From NCBI GenBank assembly GCA_024346625.1, contig AP024666.1, positions 310,001 through 374,000 of the forward strand: a DNA stretch of 64,000 bases, given 5' to 3'. Below, in pieces: positions 32,264 through 43,260 of the stretch. Made by a program: the position numbers and the translations under genes. Origin of the DNA: Williopsis jadinii. Taxonomy: Eukaryota. The first letter of the stretch is position 1. Each line of letters opens with the position of its first letter. The notes below the pieces were generated by a model. That model made no database searches, was not told the origin of the DNA, and saw nothing but the letters and a program-made list of their open reading frames with translations.

Positions 32264-33982
32264 ATGACGAGTGACGAACCACAAGTGAAGAAGAGAAACA
32301 TCAGTCGTGGAATCTCTAGAAATACAACGACAAATAGACACCCTCTGAATGTCAAACCGAGTGGAAATTCTCTGATCTTTTCAGATAAGGCTTTGAAGGA
32401 GGAGCGTGAGTGCCAGCTCGGTGATTTCAAGAGCTTTGACGATGAGCTCATCATGGAGCTCCTGGGATATATCAGGGATCCAAGAGATTTGAAGAATTTG
32501 AGTCTCACATCTAGAGTCTGGTACGCTTACATATATGACGAAGAACTCTGGCGAAAACTGTACATTAGCAGGGCGTTGAAAGAGGAGAAAGAGATGGGCG
32601 ACGACGCCCCTGTTCCACCTCTGGGGATTAAGTACTGGAATGGATCCTGGAGACGTACTATGCTTCACTTACCAGAAGCGAAAGAGGCAAAGATTCAGCT
32701 TCCTGACAACCTCTTATGTTCAGATGTTCTGTTCAGGCCGTATCAATGTTCTCAGATCGATTATGATGACTTATTCAAAGACATCATAGAGGAAGAGCAT
32801 GAATCTTACCTCTTGAAGCGCACACTTAATGAGAAATTCGGAATCCCAAGATATAGCGAGCAATGGATGACTCAGGAGAGGTTTAACCAGGATTTCACAA
32901 ATAAGCCATTCATCTTAACCAAGGAGTCAGAGACTCGTTGGCCAAGCTGGTCTCTACCAGAGCTGAAATCTCGTTTCCCAACTGTTAAATTTCGCCAGGA
33001 GTCTGTTCAGTGGCCATTGGAGTTCTACTCACAGTACTTTGTATCAAATTCAGATGAATCTCCTCTATATTTATTTGATTGTCAATCCTCTGCTATGAAA
33101 CAGCTTGTGACAGAGTACAAGGTTCCCGATATCTTTAAAGGTGATATATTCACTGTTTTCAATGAACAGAACTGTCGTCCAGATTACAGATGGATTATTG
33201 TCGGACCAACCCGTTCTGGATCAACTTTTCACAAGGATCCCAATGCCACGTCTGCTTGGAATGCTAATCTAACCGGTAAGAAGTTGTGGGTGATGCTCCC
33301 TCCAGGTGTCAAGCCACCAGGTGTTGGCACAGACGATGAGGAGTCAGAAGTCACATCCCCTGTTGGTGTTGCAGAGTGGGTTCTATCTGGCTTCTACAAC
33401 GATAGTGTCAAGCTTGCTCTCGATGGTAAATGCCAAATAGGAATCACTTTCCCTGGTGAGTGTATGTACGTTCCAAGTGGATGGTGGCATACTGTGATCA
33501 ACTTGGAAGATTCAGTAGCCTTGACACAGAATTTTGTACCAAGTGGCGCACTAGGTGAAGCTCTGTGGTTCTTGAAGCGAAAGGAAGACCAGGTTAGTGG
33601 GTTCCATGTGAAAGATCTCAAGAAATCCATCGAGAAGTTTGTCGCAAATAATAATGTTAAGGGTGAAAACGTGGATGTTCTAAAGGATTGGCTGAAAGAT
33701 GTTTCCAACAAGACACTTGACAACGAAGATGTTGGCGAATGCTCACACTTTGCTAAGTTGCCAATATACGAATACTTTGTTGAGTTGATCAAGGCCAAAG
33801 CTGAGTACGCCAACCTATTGGAGGATGGCATGAAGACCATGGAAAAGTTAGAAAAGGAAGAGCGTGGAAGATCTGAACCTAGAGTTGTTCCTTCAAAGAA
33901 GTGGGACCAACTCGTGGAGCAAGAACATCACAGTACAAGTGCGTTCTCCTTCAACTTTGATGAAAGTGACAACGACGAATAA
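32264..33982 (+). CDS. F-box + JmjC (JMJD6-like) 2-oxoglutarate dioxygenase
   Basis: F-box-like DDELIMELLGYI...LSLTSRVWY...EELWRKLY. JmjC motifs PLYLFD, RPDYRWIIVGPTRSGSTFHKDPN (HxD), GKKLW and VPSGWWHTVINL. Confidence 0.9.
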   Translation: MTSDEPQVKKRNISRGISRNTTTNRHPLNVKPSGNSLIFSDKALKEERECQLGDFKSFDDELIMELLGYIRDPRDLKNLSLTSRVWYAYIYDEELWRKLYISRALKEEKEMGDDAPVPPLGIKYWNGSWRRTMLHLPEAKEAKIQLPDNLLCSDVLFRPYQCSQIDYDDLFKDIIEEEHESYLLKRTLNEKFGIPRYSEQWMTQERFNQDFTNKPFILTKESETRWPSWSLPELKSRFPTVKFRQESVQWPLEFYSQYFVSNSDESPLYLFDCQSSAMKQLVTEYKVPDIFKGDIFTVFNEQNCRPDYRWIIVGPTRSGSTFHKDPNATSAWNANLTGKKLWVMLPPGVKPPGVGTDDEESEVTSPVGVAEWVLSGFYNDSVKLALDGKCQIGITFPGECMYVPSGWWHTVINLEDSVALTQNFVPSGALGEALWFLKRKEDQVSGFHVKDLKKSIEKFVANNNVKGENVDVLKDWLKDVSNKTLDNEDVGECSHFAKLPIYEYFVELIKAKAEYANLLEDGMKTMEKLEKEERGRSEPRVVPSKKWDQLVEQEHHSTSAFSFNFDESDNDE

Positions 33983-34052
33983 AAAAACATTGCTTTTATA
34001 TAAATGAGATAAGGAGTGTAATTAAGAGTTCTAACATCAACAAGCATAGTGC

Positions 34053-35456
34053 TTATGGGCTTGAATGGCCGTTTACTGTGACCTTTTCATTTTCCTGAAT
34101 CAATTCAACGTCGTTGTTTTCGGGCACATTTAAGAATCTTAGGATATGAGGGAACACCAACTCTTCAATGTGATCACCCCAGATGAGGTCCAAATGTTCA
34201 TGATTTGGTACAGCGACACACTCGGTTAACCCCTCTGGAAGAAGATCAGTCATCTTGTTGATATCCACTAATGAATCAATCGTACCATAAATCAACTTGA
34301 TGGGCACTTTAATATTTGTTCTTGTAGGGAACGATGGTGTTCTGAATGCCTTTGAGAGGGCGTTAGTGAGCGACACGCCTTCGTCAAACATTTGGAACGA
34401 TGAGTTTCTAATTATTTGAAACCAATGGACAACAGATTTGACAGATGTCGGGCTGTATAGATGTGCAAAAGATGCAATTTTCTGATCAAAAGTAATGTTT
34501 TCATTTTGCCAGTTGAACAAGAATGCTACACAGTAATCAATGACCTTGGAGAATAACGGTGGATAACAAATCTGCTGCCAGAATGATGCTGTTGGTAGCA
34601 ATGTCTTCTTTCCAAATATCAAATACATTATACTTGGAGAAGACTTAATCAACGTATCGACAACCCTGTGGTGTAAACCATTGGGAGTCATAGCAGGTGA
34701 TAACGCTATGAATAAGTTGATCTTACTGTTGAGCGTGGGATTCATTGAGAGGGCAGCAAATGCCTGTGCTGAGCCCTGCGAGAACCCAATATATGTCAAA
34801 TCCTTTGCACCTGTATACTGCAATGCGTATCTGATAGAGTCAGGAATGTCATAGATGGCAAATTCATCAATGGCGAAATCCCAGAACTCAACATCGTTTG
34901 GTTTCAGGTGGATGTGCTTGGAAGAGTACTTGTTGCCTCTGTTGTTACCCATCCAAACGTCAAAGCCCAACTCGTGCAATAGGAATGGAATATTGCGGTC
35001 CTTCTTGATGTTTACACACCAGATGTCGGAGCACATGAGTAAGCCATGGTGTAGGTATACCACTGGAGCGGACCCGTCCAACTGCTTTGGCTTGATACGG
35101 TGTAAATTGAGGAGATATCCATCTTCAGTCTCCACAATGTGATTATCGATGTCGTACCCAAAGAGCTTACCAATCTCGACAATCGACTGCGTGTTTCTGA
35201 TGTTGTCCCTCAACTCGATGAATTCAACCTGGTCCCGTATCTTCATCCCGTTCAACGTGGCCCTGCTGGTCTCACCACGCCTCTTAAACAGCAGCCCGTG
35301 TAGGCCCTTTAGCGTCGAAGTCACGGCTTCCACAACAACGTCAGGCAACATCTTTGTGACTATGGAGATTACGAACTCCAGATACGTCGCCAAGAACGAG
35401 AGCACCAACACGGGCCATTCCGTCAACGACAGTCTTCCGATGAATGGAATGTACAT
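34053..35456 (-). CDS. TGL1: Sterol esterase/lipase (alpha/beta hydrolase)
   Basis: MYIPFIGRLS N-terminus, HHGLL, DVWMGNNRGNKYS, GFSQG nucleophile, HEHLDLIW. Next to SDH3. Confidence 0.9.
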   Translation of the reverse strand: MYIPFIGRLSLTEWPVLVLSFLATYLEFVISIVTKMLPDVVVEAVTSTLKGLHGLLFKRRGETSRATLNGMKIRDQVEFIELRDNIRNTQSIVEIGKLFGYDIDNHIVETEDGYLLNLHRIKPKQLDGSAPVVYLHHGLLMCSDIWCVNIKKDRNIPFLLHELGFDVWMGNNRGNKYSSKHIHLKPNDVEFWDFAIDEFAIYDIPDSIRYALQYTGAKDLTYIGFSQGSAQAFAALSMNPTLNSKINLFIALSPAMTPNGLHHRVVDTLIKSSPSIMYLIFGKKTLLPTASFWQQICYPPLFSKVIDYCVAFLFNWQNENITFDQKIASFAHLYSPTSVKSVVHWFQIIRNSSFQMFDEGVSLTNALSKAFRTPSFPTRTNIKVPIKLIYGTIDSLVDINKMTDLLPEGLTECVAVPNHEHLDLIWGDHIEELVFPHILRFLNVPENNDVELIQENEKVTVNGHSSP

Positions 35457-35634
35457 TGCGAGAAAAGTCCCTGAGTCACTGGACTAATATCAACGAGTTA
35501 CGTACCGCTGTACTGCAAAATATGAAGAGAGGCCCACAGAGGAAGCCAGCTAAAAAAGCAAGCAAAAAAAGCAGGAAAACACATTGTGTCAAATTGGGTT
35601 GTGCGAAAACGGAGGCTGTGAAGCAGGTGGAACA

Positions 35635-35685
35635 ATTACATAATCCATTACGTAATGCTAGATTACATAATCCACGCTTATATAA
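35635..35685. promoter_or_regulatory. Array of four Yap/Cin5-type bZIP sites (TTAYRTAA)
   Basis: ATTACATAAT 35635, CATTACGTAATG 35646, ATTACATAAT 35662, TTATATAA 35678. Confidence 0.6.
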
Positions 35686-36064
35686 TCAGACATCCGAAAA
35701 GGTTCGTGTCCCGGGGATAAGTGAAAATTCTGTGTGCGAGAACCGAAGGCAATTACGTTTTCCCACCCTCCCATTGGCCAAATGGTCATCCGACCGCAAG
35801 CCCGTAGAGCCCCCGGGGCGTAGGAAGAAAAACCACACACACACACAAAGCGTACACAAAGGGGAAAGGGTGACATATTTTTCACGATTCGGGCCCGTGA
35901 TGCCTGGGAATTGAGTAACCAACAGACGATGGGGATTTTTTCACCACACTTTTGAATTTTACCCTTTTGCCTTGGGCTTTCTCTTTTGCGTTGTTGTTAT
36001 TCTTTGAAGACAAACAAAACACACGGGTCATACCACCACTGTCTGTTGATATAAAATACACAAA

Positions 36065-36574
36065 ATGCTTTCACGTCTTGGACTCCGTGGTATTGCTAGA
36101 CCAGCTCAGAGCTTTGTTCGCAACCAAGCCATTAGATCTCTCAACACCGTGAGAACCACTGCTGATGCTGAGCAAGAAATCTTGGTTGAGCAGAGAAAGA
36201 ACAGACCAGTGTCTCCACATTTGACCATCTACCAACCACAATTGACATGGGTGCTGTCCTCCTTCCACAGAGTCACAGGTCTCTACCTCGCTGGAGGCTT
36301 CTACGGGTTGACCTGTACCTATGCGTTTGCTTCTCTCTTTGGCTACCACATTGACTCCACTGTTATTCAAGAGGCATTCTATGGCTTGAACCCAATTGCC
36401 CAGTACGCTTTGAAGGCTGGTATGGTTTTCCCATTCTTCTTCCACTTTGGCAACGGTATCAGACATTTGATTTGGGATGCAGGTAAGGAGTTGACCATCA
36501 AGGGTATTTACAGAACTGGTTACGCAGTTTTGGCATTCACTGCTCTCATGGGTGGTGTTTACACCCTTATCTAA
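36065..36574 (+). CDS. SDH3: Succinate dehydrogenase cytochrome b560 subunit
   Basis: Presequence, QRKNRPVSPHLTIYQPQLTW, SSFHRVTG, FHFGNGIRHLIWD. Confidence 0.97.
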   Translation: MLSRLGLRGIARPAQSFVRNQAIRSLNTVRTTADAEQEILVEQRKNRPVSPHLTIYQPQLTWVLSSFHRVTGLYLAGGFYGLTCTYAFASLFGYHIDSTVIQEAFYGLNPIAQYALKAGMVFPFFFHFGNGIRHLIWDAGKELTIKGIYRTGYAVLAFTALMGGVYTLI

Positions 36575-36913
36575 AGTTGATTGACCCCCTTTGCATATAC
36601 AATTTATTCACCTCCGGGATATTTTTTGTTTCTTTCTCTAAATATATCTAGTTACGACATGTGTTCTTACTTGAATTCGTATGCTTTTTTTTGATTCGCT
36701 TCATCTGTAAAGCTAGTACACCTGTTTGATCAGAGATGCCCATGACAAGGCGTTGACTACATCAAGTCCTAAAGCAACCATTCATTCTTATACATCATCG
36801 TTCTTTTTTTTTGTGTTTTTCTTATACCCTTCGGTACTTTCTTTTCGTACACACCATTTCAATCATTACATTATGGCACTCTGTTGAACATCGTCTTAGA
36901 TGTAACGCCATTT

Positions 36914-38485
36914 TCAAATCATCAAAAAATCAGAATACCCGTCATCGTTCTCTACTTTTAAGAACTCTTCAGTCTTCAAAAAGTTCTCAACTTCATCACC
37001 TTCGTTAATGACATTACTTTCAATGTCTCTAATCATCATATCCCTCTTAACATCATCAATAACTCCCTTCTCCGCGCATAGACAAGCTCCTTCGATTCCC
37101 TCATTGCAAAATCCACATCCGTATTCTGGCCAAGTGAATTCCAGAGGATCAAAAGTGGTGTTTGTCGTAGTACGGCTTAATACCTTGTGAGTCCCATTCT
37201 GCTGGATATGGCTCCAGTCAGAAGGCGTGGACATGGATCTGTCCAACATCACAGACGTTGGCAGTGACATCATATCAAGACTCAAAGATGCCGATCTCTC
37301 CAGTGTGGTATTTGTTAGCTTGGTTTTCTTTGCAGGTTGTCTGTCCAGGATCGGCTCTATGGAAGGTAAGTCTGACGGTACTACTGCACTAGTTGAAAGC
37401 GTGACAGGTAATGGGGAGGGTGATTCCATCTTCACCTTCACTGAATCAGCAGCCAGCGTCGTCCCTGAGGCTGCAGTTGTGGCAGTTGCAGTTGTAACAG
37501 CTGCGACATCGTCTTGTTTCTTCTTCTTCTTCTTTTTATACGTTCTCTTCTTAGGCTTTGCCATACCAATATCCTTTGGATCAATTGTGGATGGAGAAAC
37601 ATCTCTCGTCACTGTAGCTGTAGTACTCACAGGCGTAGATTCCTGTGGAGAGAGAGCAATCCCAGAAGCAGTTACCGGAATCGATGGGACAGAGTAAGAA
37701 CGGCGCTGTTGGAGTTGATCAATTTCAACCTTTAACCTAGAAATTATAGACTTGAGCTTGTGGTTCTCTTCAGTAGCGGTTTCAAGTTGAGATTTTAACA
37801 CCTCGTGAGGTTTCAAGTTCAACACAAAGTTCTCAGATTGGGACTTGTTCAAATTGAGATTTACCATGTTGTTACTCAGATTCGTCACAGATGCATTGGA
37901 AGTCACAGATGCGCTGGTGTCCGTGATCGCCAGATCTGGCTCCAGCTGTGATTGAGGTTGCGGCAGCTGGGTTCCATGTTGTTCGGTGCTGTGTGATGAG
38001 CTTTTCACCTCTTGAGCATCCTCGGCTTTAGGCCCAACGTGCTCCATCGATTCAATCTTTCCAACCTTCTGTGAACTAACTTGTTGATCAGGTTGTTTCG
38101 CGTCAACATCTCGGGCCTGATTCGTTTGGTTCGTCTTACTCGACTGTTTCTCTGGAACAGTTGTCTTATTCTCAATATTTTTAGCATGCTGTGCCTGTTG
38201 AGCAGCCTGTTGCTTCTTCTTCTCCAAAGATGCAGCAGATGGCTTTCTGCCAGACTTCGGGCGTGGAGGAAGCACCCAATGCTTGGATGTTATGATCATC
38301 GGTGCCGGTGGTACTTTATTGGAGCTGGACGCCGAGCCAGTCGATGTGTTAGGCTTTGATATTTGCCCTTGGATTGGCTTTGGCAGCACATGGACGGGCC
38401 TAGGCGCTATTGCAGGAGCAATTGGCGCAAAGTGCGAGTTGTAATTCTTCGACTGTTGCTTCACAATGGGTATTGTATTATTCAT
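36914..38485 (-). CDS. HAP4: Hap4-family CCAAT-complex subunit (Hap4L domain, C-terminal CGFC motif)
   Basis: PIAPAIAP followed by ITSKHWVLPPRPKSGRK (Hap2/3/5-binding motif), a coiled coil, CGFCNEGIEGACLC, and an acidic C-terminus. About 2.5 kb of upstream intergenic DNA. Confidence 0.8.
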   Translation of the reverse strand: MNNTIPIVKQQSKNYNSHFAPIAPAIAPRPVHVLPKPIQGQISKPNTSTGSASSSNKVPPAPMIITSKHWVLPPRPKSGRKPSAASLEKKKQQAAQQAQHAKNIENKTTVPEKQSSKTNQTNQARDVDAKQPDQQVSSQKVGKIESMEHVGPKAEDAQEVKSSSHSTEQHGTQLPQPQSQLEPDLAITDTSASVTSNASVTNLSNNMVNLNLNKSQSENFVLNLKPHEVLKSQLETATEENHKLKSIISRLKVEIDQLQQRRSYSVPSIPVTASGIALSPQESTPVSTTATVTRDVSPSTIDPKDIGMAKPKKRTYKKKKKKKQDDVAAVTTATATTAASGTTLAADSVKVKMESPSPLPVTLSTSAVVPSDLPSIEPILDRQPAKKTKLTNTTLERSASLSLDMMSLPTSVMLDRSMSTPSDWSHIQQNGTHKVLSRTTTNTTFDPLEFTWPEYGCGFCNEGIEGACLCAEKGVIDDVKRDMMIRDIESNVINEGDEVENFLKTEEFLKVENDDGYSDFLMI

Positions 38486-41072
38486 AGTGTGTCCCTGGAT
38501 CTCTTTATATATCTAACCTGGTTACTCACTCTGCGTATACCTCTTCTTCCTCTTAATTTTGTGTTGGTCTTTATCACTCCCCCTTTGCTTGTTTGGAACG
38601 AGACAAAAATCAACCCAGGCTAAAGAGATGTTGTAAACTCCTTGTATTGAAATTACTCGATTAACGATAACCTCAAAAAAACACTCATACACAACAAACC
38701 TCCCGCAATTTGAACAAGTGAAGTAACGACAGAAATCAAACACCGCGTAAGAAGGAAATCAAGTGAACGGTTCTTTTGGATTAACCTCGTGTGTGTCCTT
38801 TTTAATCACAAAGTGGAAAAATTAAACCATATATGTAAAATCGTGTCTTCGATTTTGGCAGTAAGGTTTTTCTGTGTTTGCCTTTTCTTTTTTTCTTTTT
38901 CCTGTTTTTTGTCTCTCTTTCTTTTCCATGGGAGTGCATCCGCCAAAGCTGGGGGGGATTTCTTCATTTCCTGTTCAGCTCCGTTGAGCGCCTGCCTAAA
39001 TTTTCAGTTTTCCTCGCATGCCGCTGCTTAGTTTTTCCCTCTGCGAGACTGCAGTTTGCAGTACGCGCTGGGAGTGTCGCTGACGGTTCTCGGGTAGCTG
39101 GACAGTTTTACCCGGGTAGAGTCAGCCATTTCGTTGTCCGCTAATTTGCTATAAGAAAGAGTCCTGGAATGTTGGAGGAATTTTATCGAGTTGCCATAAG
39201 GGGAAGTGTGGTGTATCATGTGTGTTGAATGTTTATTTGAGTGTGGATGAAATTCTGTAGGACTGTGTACATGGGTGTACTTCTGTATCAGTAATTGGTA
39301 TTTGGAACACCCGGTATTGGCTGGAGAGCGTTTGTGTCAAAAGTTCTTGATAAGGAAGGACTTGCAGTAGTTAGTCGGTGATGTATTTTTTTCTTTTTAT
39401 GTCCAGCATCTTCCCTATTCGCAGTTAGTTCTCTGCAAATGGTGGATTTAGATGGTCTACACTATAAAACCCTTTGAATTGTAGCACATCATGGAGCTTC
39501 TTGTAAACAAATCTCTACGCTTAAGTTACAATTTCCGTACAGTGTTCGCGGGGCGGGATTTTAGTGAGGTTACTGTCGCTCCCACTCAACAGAGATTTGG
39601 CGGATCAAGTGTCGCAGGGAGTGTTTTTTTTTTCGCTGTCGTTTTTCAAAGGCCGTAGGAGATAGTAGAGCCCGCTGCACATCGTTGTCGACCTTCATCT
39701 TCCTTCGCTACATTTGGATAAATATTCCAAGGCCCCAAAGCTGTGGAAAATAAAGGCAAGATGAGCTCGACCACTACGCTGGTTGGTATATAAGTGACGT
39801 TCTATAATGGCTGTTCCGGTGTCTGGACACCAATTTGCTCAATTGAACGCTTCCGGCCCAGTAGGCCTTGGCACAAAAATTTGGTGTAAGAGCTTTAACC
39901 TCCAACAATAAGAAATACACACTGTTCAGGACCCAGGCGGCTGCTACGCGTAATGCAATCAACTTTGTCCTGCTTTCAGAGAAGCCCCTTATAATACACG
40001 GCGTTCATACATCGCCACCTTAGGACCTTCAGTAGTACTTTCCATGGAACGTTGTCGATCTATGCAATGTGTTTATTTTTATCGAACCCAATTCATTCGT
40101 TCGTAATGGGTTCAGACGTTGTGATCTATACAATATTCAGTGTCTTGTTCTCTGACACATTGTAACAAGCACTTCATTCCGCCCCATATTGCGCGCAGGA
40201 ATTATGGCGTAGGTGGGCGGGGGTGGGGCAGCGCTGGCGAGCGACATCCAGCGCTTGCCCCATTGGGGCTATTGGCGTCCTGCCCCAGTCTTTGTAAAAT
40301 TGGTACTAAAAAAGGATGCGGATATTTGTGGGCTGATCCCGTCGCCTAACAGTGCATTACATTCTCTTCATTGATGGTACCTACGAGAAGTGGACACTTA
40401 GACAGAGTACACAACGCAGGAGTCAAGTACTCCAACGTAGAGAGCCTTTAAACTGCTTTCCGTGAGCCACCAGGACCATTCGCATATTTATTGGATCTAG
40501 GTTTGGGCTTGCCCGGTTCCACCGTCCAGTCCAGTCCGAGGAGATAAAGTAAATCTACAATGGGGAACAAGAAGAAGCGGCAGTATGAATAGCGTTCTGC
40601 CGTCCAGAGAAGCCAGTATTAGATCAATGCTCTTCCAAAAAAGCGATATGTATTATATAACGTTTGATGGAAACGGCAGAACCCTAAGGTCAATAGCCCT
40701 GTATGCAAGCCATCGACCTCACTAACTCGCACATCGCAATGATCTAAAAGCCGAAGCTTCGTGGTCAATCCTGACGCAATGGTTAACACAGTAAACGTTA
40801 TACATCATAAAAGCACACCAAGTTCTTAATTAGAAGAGATAACCATATGCAGTGTGACTGGACTCCTTTTATCTTTAATTCGAACAAAGAAAGTACTCTC
40901 AAATCGCACATCGTTTAACTGCACTTCGGATTGTATCTGTCCCCAGCCCTCCTGCTAGGCGAGTGAACCATTTGTTGCGCGGTTCAAATTTCTAAGATCA
41001 ACAAAAACTAGTTGAAGCAGAAAAGTAAACAAACATCACAGTTTGGGCGGCAGTGGCTCTATAACTCACACG

Positions 41073-41401
41073 ATGCTCAGAAGATCAACAATTGGGAAGA
41101 ACACTTCATCACTGAAACAGAGACAACTCTCCCATCTACATTCGCAGCTAGCTCAACTTGAAGCAAACCTTTCCGACTTTGAGACGTTGATGAAAGTAAC
41201 AACATTTCAAGCAGAATACATCAAAAAGCTGGGTATAATGCATGGCAGCTTGTAAGTATTACCATAGTTTATATCTTCATTGGTACTTTACTAACAGCTA
41301 GATTCGTTTTATTTAGATTCATGTCCAGTCACAAGATCTTTGAAGAGGAAGTGCGGGCGCAAGAGACGGAGGAACAAGAAGAAGGAACAGAAGAAGACTG
41401 A
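41073..41401 (+). CDS. HSK3: DASH/Dam1 complex subunit Hsk3 (intron 41252-41316)
   Basis: KQRQLSHLHSQLAQLEANLSDFETL...LGIMHGSL|FMSSHKIF. Intron GTAAGT...TACTAAC...TAG. Next to MRPL31 as in S. cerevisiae. Confidence 0.9.
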
Positions 41402-41829
41402 AAATTGTCGGTATATTCAAAGCAAGCATAAATACCAAAGTAACGGAAAACTTCTTATCGTGTTTGACTCTGTTTACAACACAAACCTCACTCTTCTATG
41501 GACTGCTGAATGGTGTTATTCTATGGAGGATAAGATGAGACAATATCCTTACCATAAACAACCATGTCAACCATGCAAGCTCATGTCAGAATGATAAATT
41601 ACATCTTTGGCTTCTGGACACGTTACGCTCTGAGACATATACATCACACTTTACGTTTACATTACAATCATCAACTAATTGCTTACAGAACCAGTAGTGC
41701 TTCAGAATTGATTTCGCGAACTTTTGACCGAAAATGGAAAAGGTCAAAACTTTTTCAACGCTTGTTGTTGCAATGGACAAAGTATTCGAGTCGTCTCAAC
41801 CTTAAGGAAAACTAATAGACAAGAAGATA

Positions 41830-42246
41830 ATGTTTGGTCCTTTCAGAACTTCGGGTGTCAACTTTAGTGGCCTTCTCTGGTAAGCGCTTATTCATCTAAA
41901 CGAAAATGATAAACTTCCTTTGAGATGTACCGACTCTTCAGAACTAACATCAACGTTATTTAGGAAAATTCCACACACCATGTCACAGACCCAGAAATAC
42001 CGTCACCGTAAGCGTCTCCAACAAGTTGACTCTGTTGTGTCAACTGTTCTTGGAGGATTGAAGAAGGAGAACCTTGCACCATCGAATCTTTTGGCACAAT
42101 ACTCAAAATTCCCAAAGGAGGAGGAAATGACCACTTTGAACAAGTACACCGTTTTCAACAGATTTAGCAAAGGCTACAGAAAAAGTATACACAGAACTCC
42201 ACACTGGACAAAGAAGAGTCAAAGAGTCAACCCAGAACATTTCTGA
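41830..42246 (+). CDS. MRPL31: Mitochondrial ribosomal protein L31 (intron 41880-41963)
   Basis: MFGPFRTSGVNFSGLLW|KIPHTMSQTQKYRHRKRLQQVD...KYTVFNR...YRKSIHRTPHWTK. Intron GTAAGC...AACTAAC...TAG. Confidence 0.93.
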
Positions 42247-42566
42247 TTTTGATCGTCTCCAACAAACTTCACATCATGCACTCCGCATAAGCCATTGTAT
42301 ATAGAAAACGTGATGATTCAGTCGATATGTGTGATATAATACTGCCTGTAATGATAAGCATATAGATACGCTAAAATATGGAGCTGATACATGTCTGAAT
42401 TGCTCTCCACACTTTTTCTACGTTAGTGTCTGCTGAATGTACAAAACGAAATAACATGATAACACAGTTATAAACAGCTCCATCAGCAGATATTGGGATA
42501 CCAACGTGGAACATAAAACCTAAAGAGAAATGAAAGTAATTTACCAACTATGTGGATTGTATCTCC

Positions 42567-43260
42567 TCAAAGTCTATCCCAGATGTAGTTAGAAATAAAA
42601 TACGAACTGTATTTTTCATCTCCATAGTTCAAGAAATCAGTCAAGTTTTTCTCCTTGTTGTATATGATCATCGCTGAGGACTTCATGTCAATCTTGAGAC
42701 CTAGCTTTCTATAAACCATGAGTTTCAAACTGGATGGTTTTCCCCAGTTAGTATGTTTTTCGCAAAGCAGTCAGAAAGTGATACTTACACAATAGCATCT
42801 TTATCTTCAATGTCATCAACAAAGTCAAGATCTTCAATTTGTTTCTCCAAAGAGGATAGTTCATCAATAAGACTACTGAGCGTTGTTGATAGCTCCTGTT
42901 TATTACTGGTGACTTCCTTTAAGGTTTTGTTTAGTTCCAACTCTGACGATTGATTTTCTTTAATCTTCTTCTTCATATCGTTTCTCATCTTGGACGATTC
43001 GGTATTCTCAAGTGTTTGAAGCTGTTGAGATAGTTTCTCAGACATTACTTGAATATCACATATGTTAGACAACTTTCCAATATCATAAAGTTATATTACT
43101 CACGTTGAAGTTCTCTCTGTTCTGTATGTATTCTCTGGTCACGTTCGGATTGTAATACCCTCAAGCTCGCAGCAATACGATCGATCGTATCCAGATCCGA
43201 CTGAATATCACATCCCTCAAGAGTCTGTCGAAGAAGACCAGCCGGGTCCTGTAACACCAT
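42567..43260 (-). CDS. SPC24: Ndc80 complex subunit Spc24 (3 exons; introns 43048-43103 and 42730-42788)
   Basis: Spliced MVLQDPAGLLRQTLEG...coiled coil...VLKLMVYRKLG...YSSYFISNYIWDRL*. Both introns have donor, branch and acceptor and keep frame. Confidence 0.88.

Noticed and set aside
38486..38529. GTGAGT donor-like site in the HAP4-like leader (minus strand)
   Set aside because: No branchpoint, and too short for an intron before the ATG.
40085..40113. GAACCCA/TGGGTTC hairpin resembling part of an RNase P conserved region
   Set aside because: Other RNase P conserved regions are absent; isolated hairpin.
42310..42387. GTGATGA...CTGA box C/D-like pair
   Set aside because: No convincing terminal stem, C'/D' boxes or rRNA-complementary guide that I could identify; lies in the MRPL31/SPC24 terminator region.
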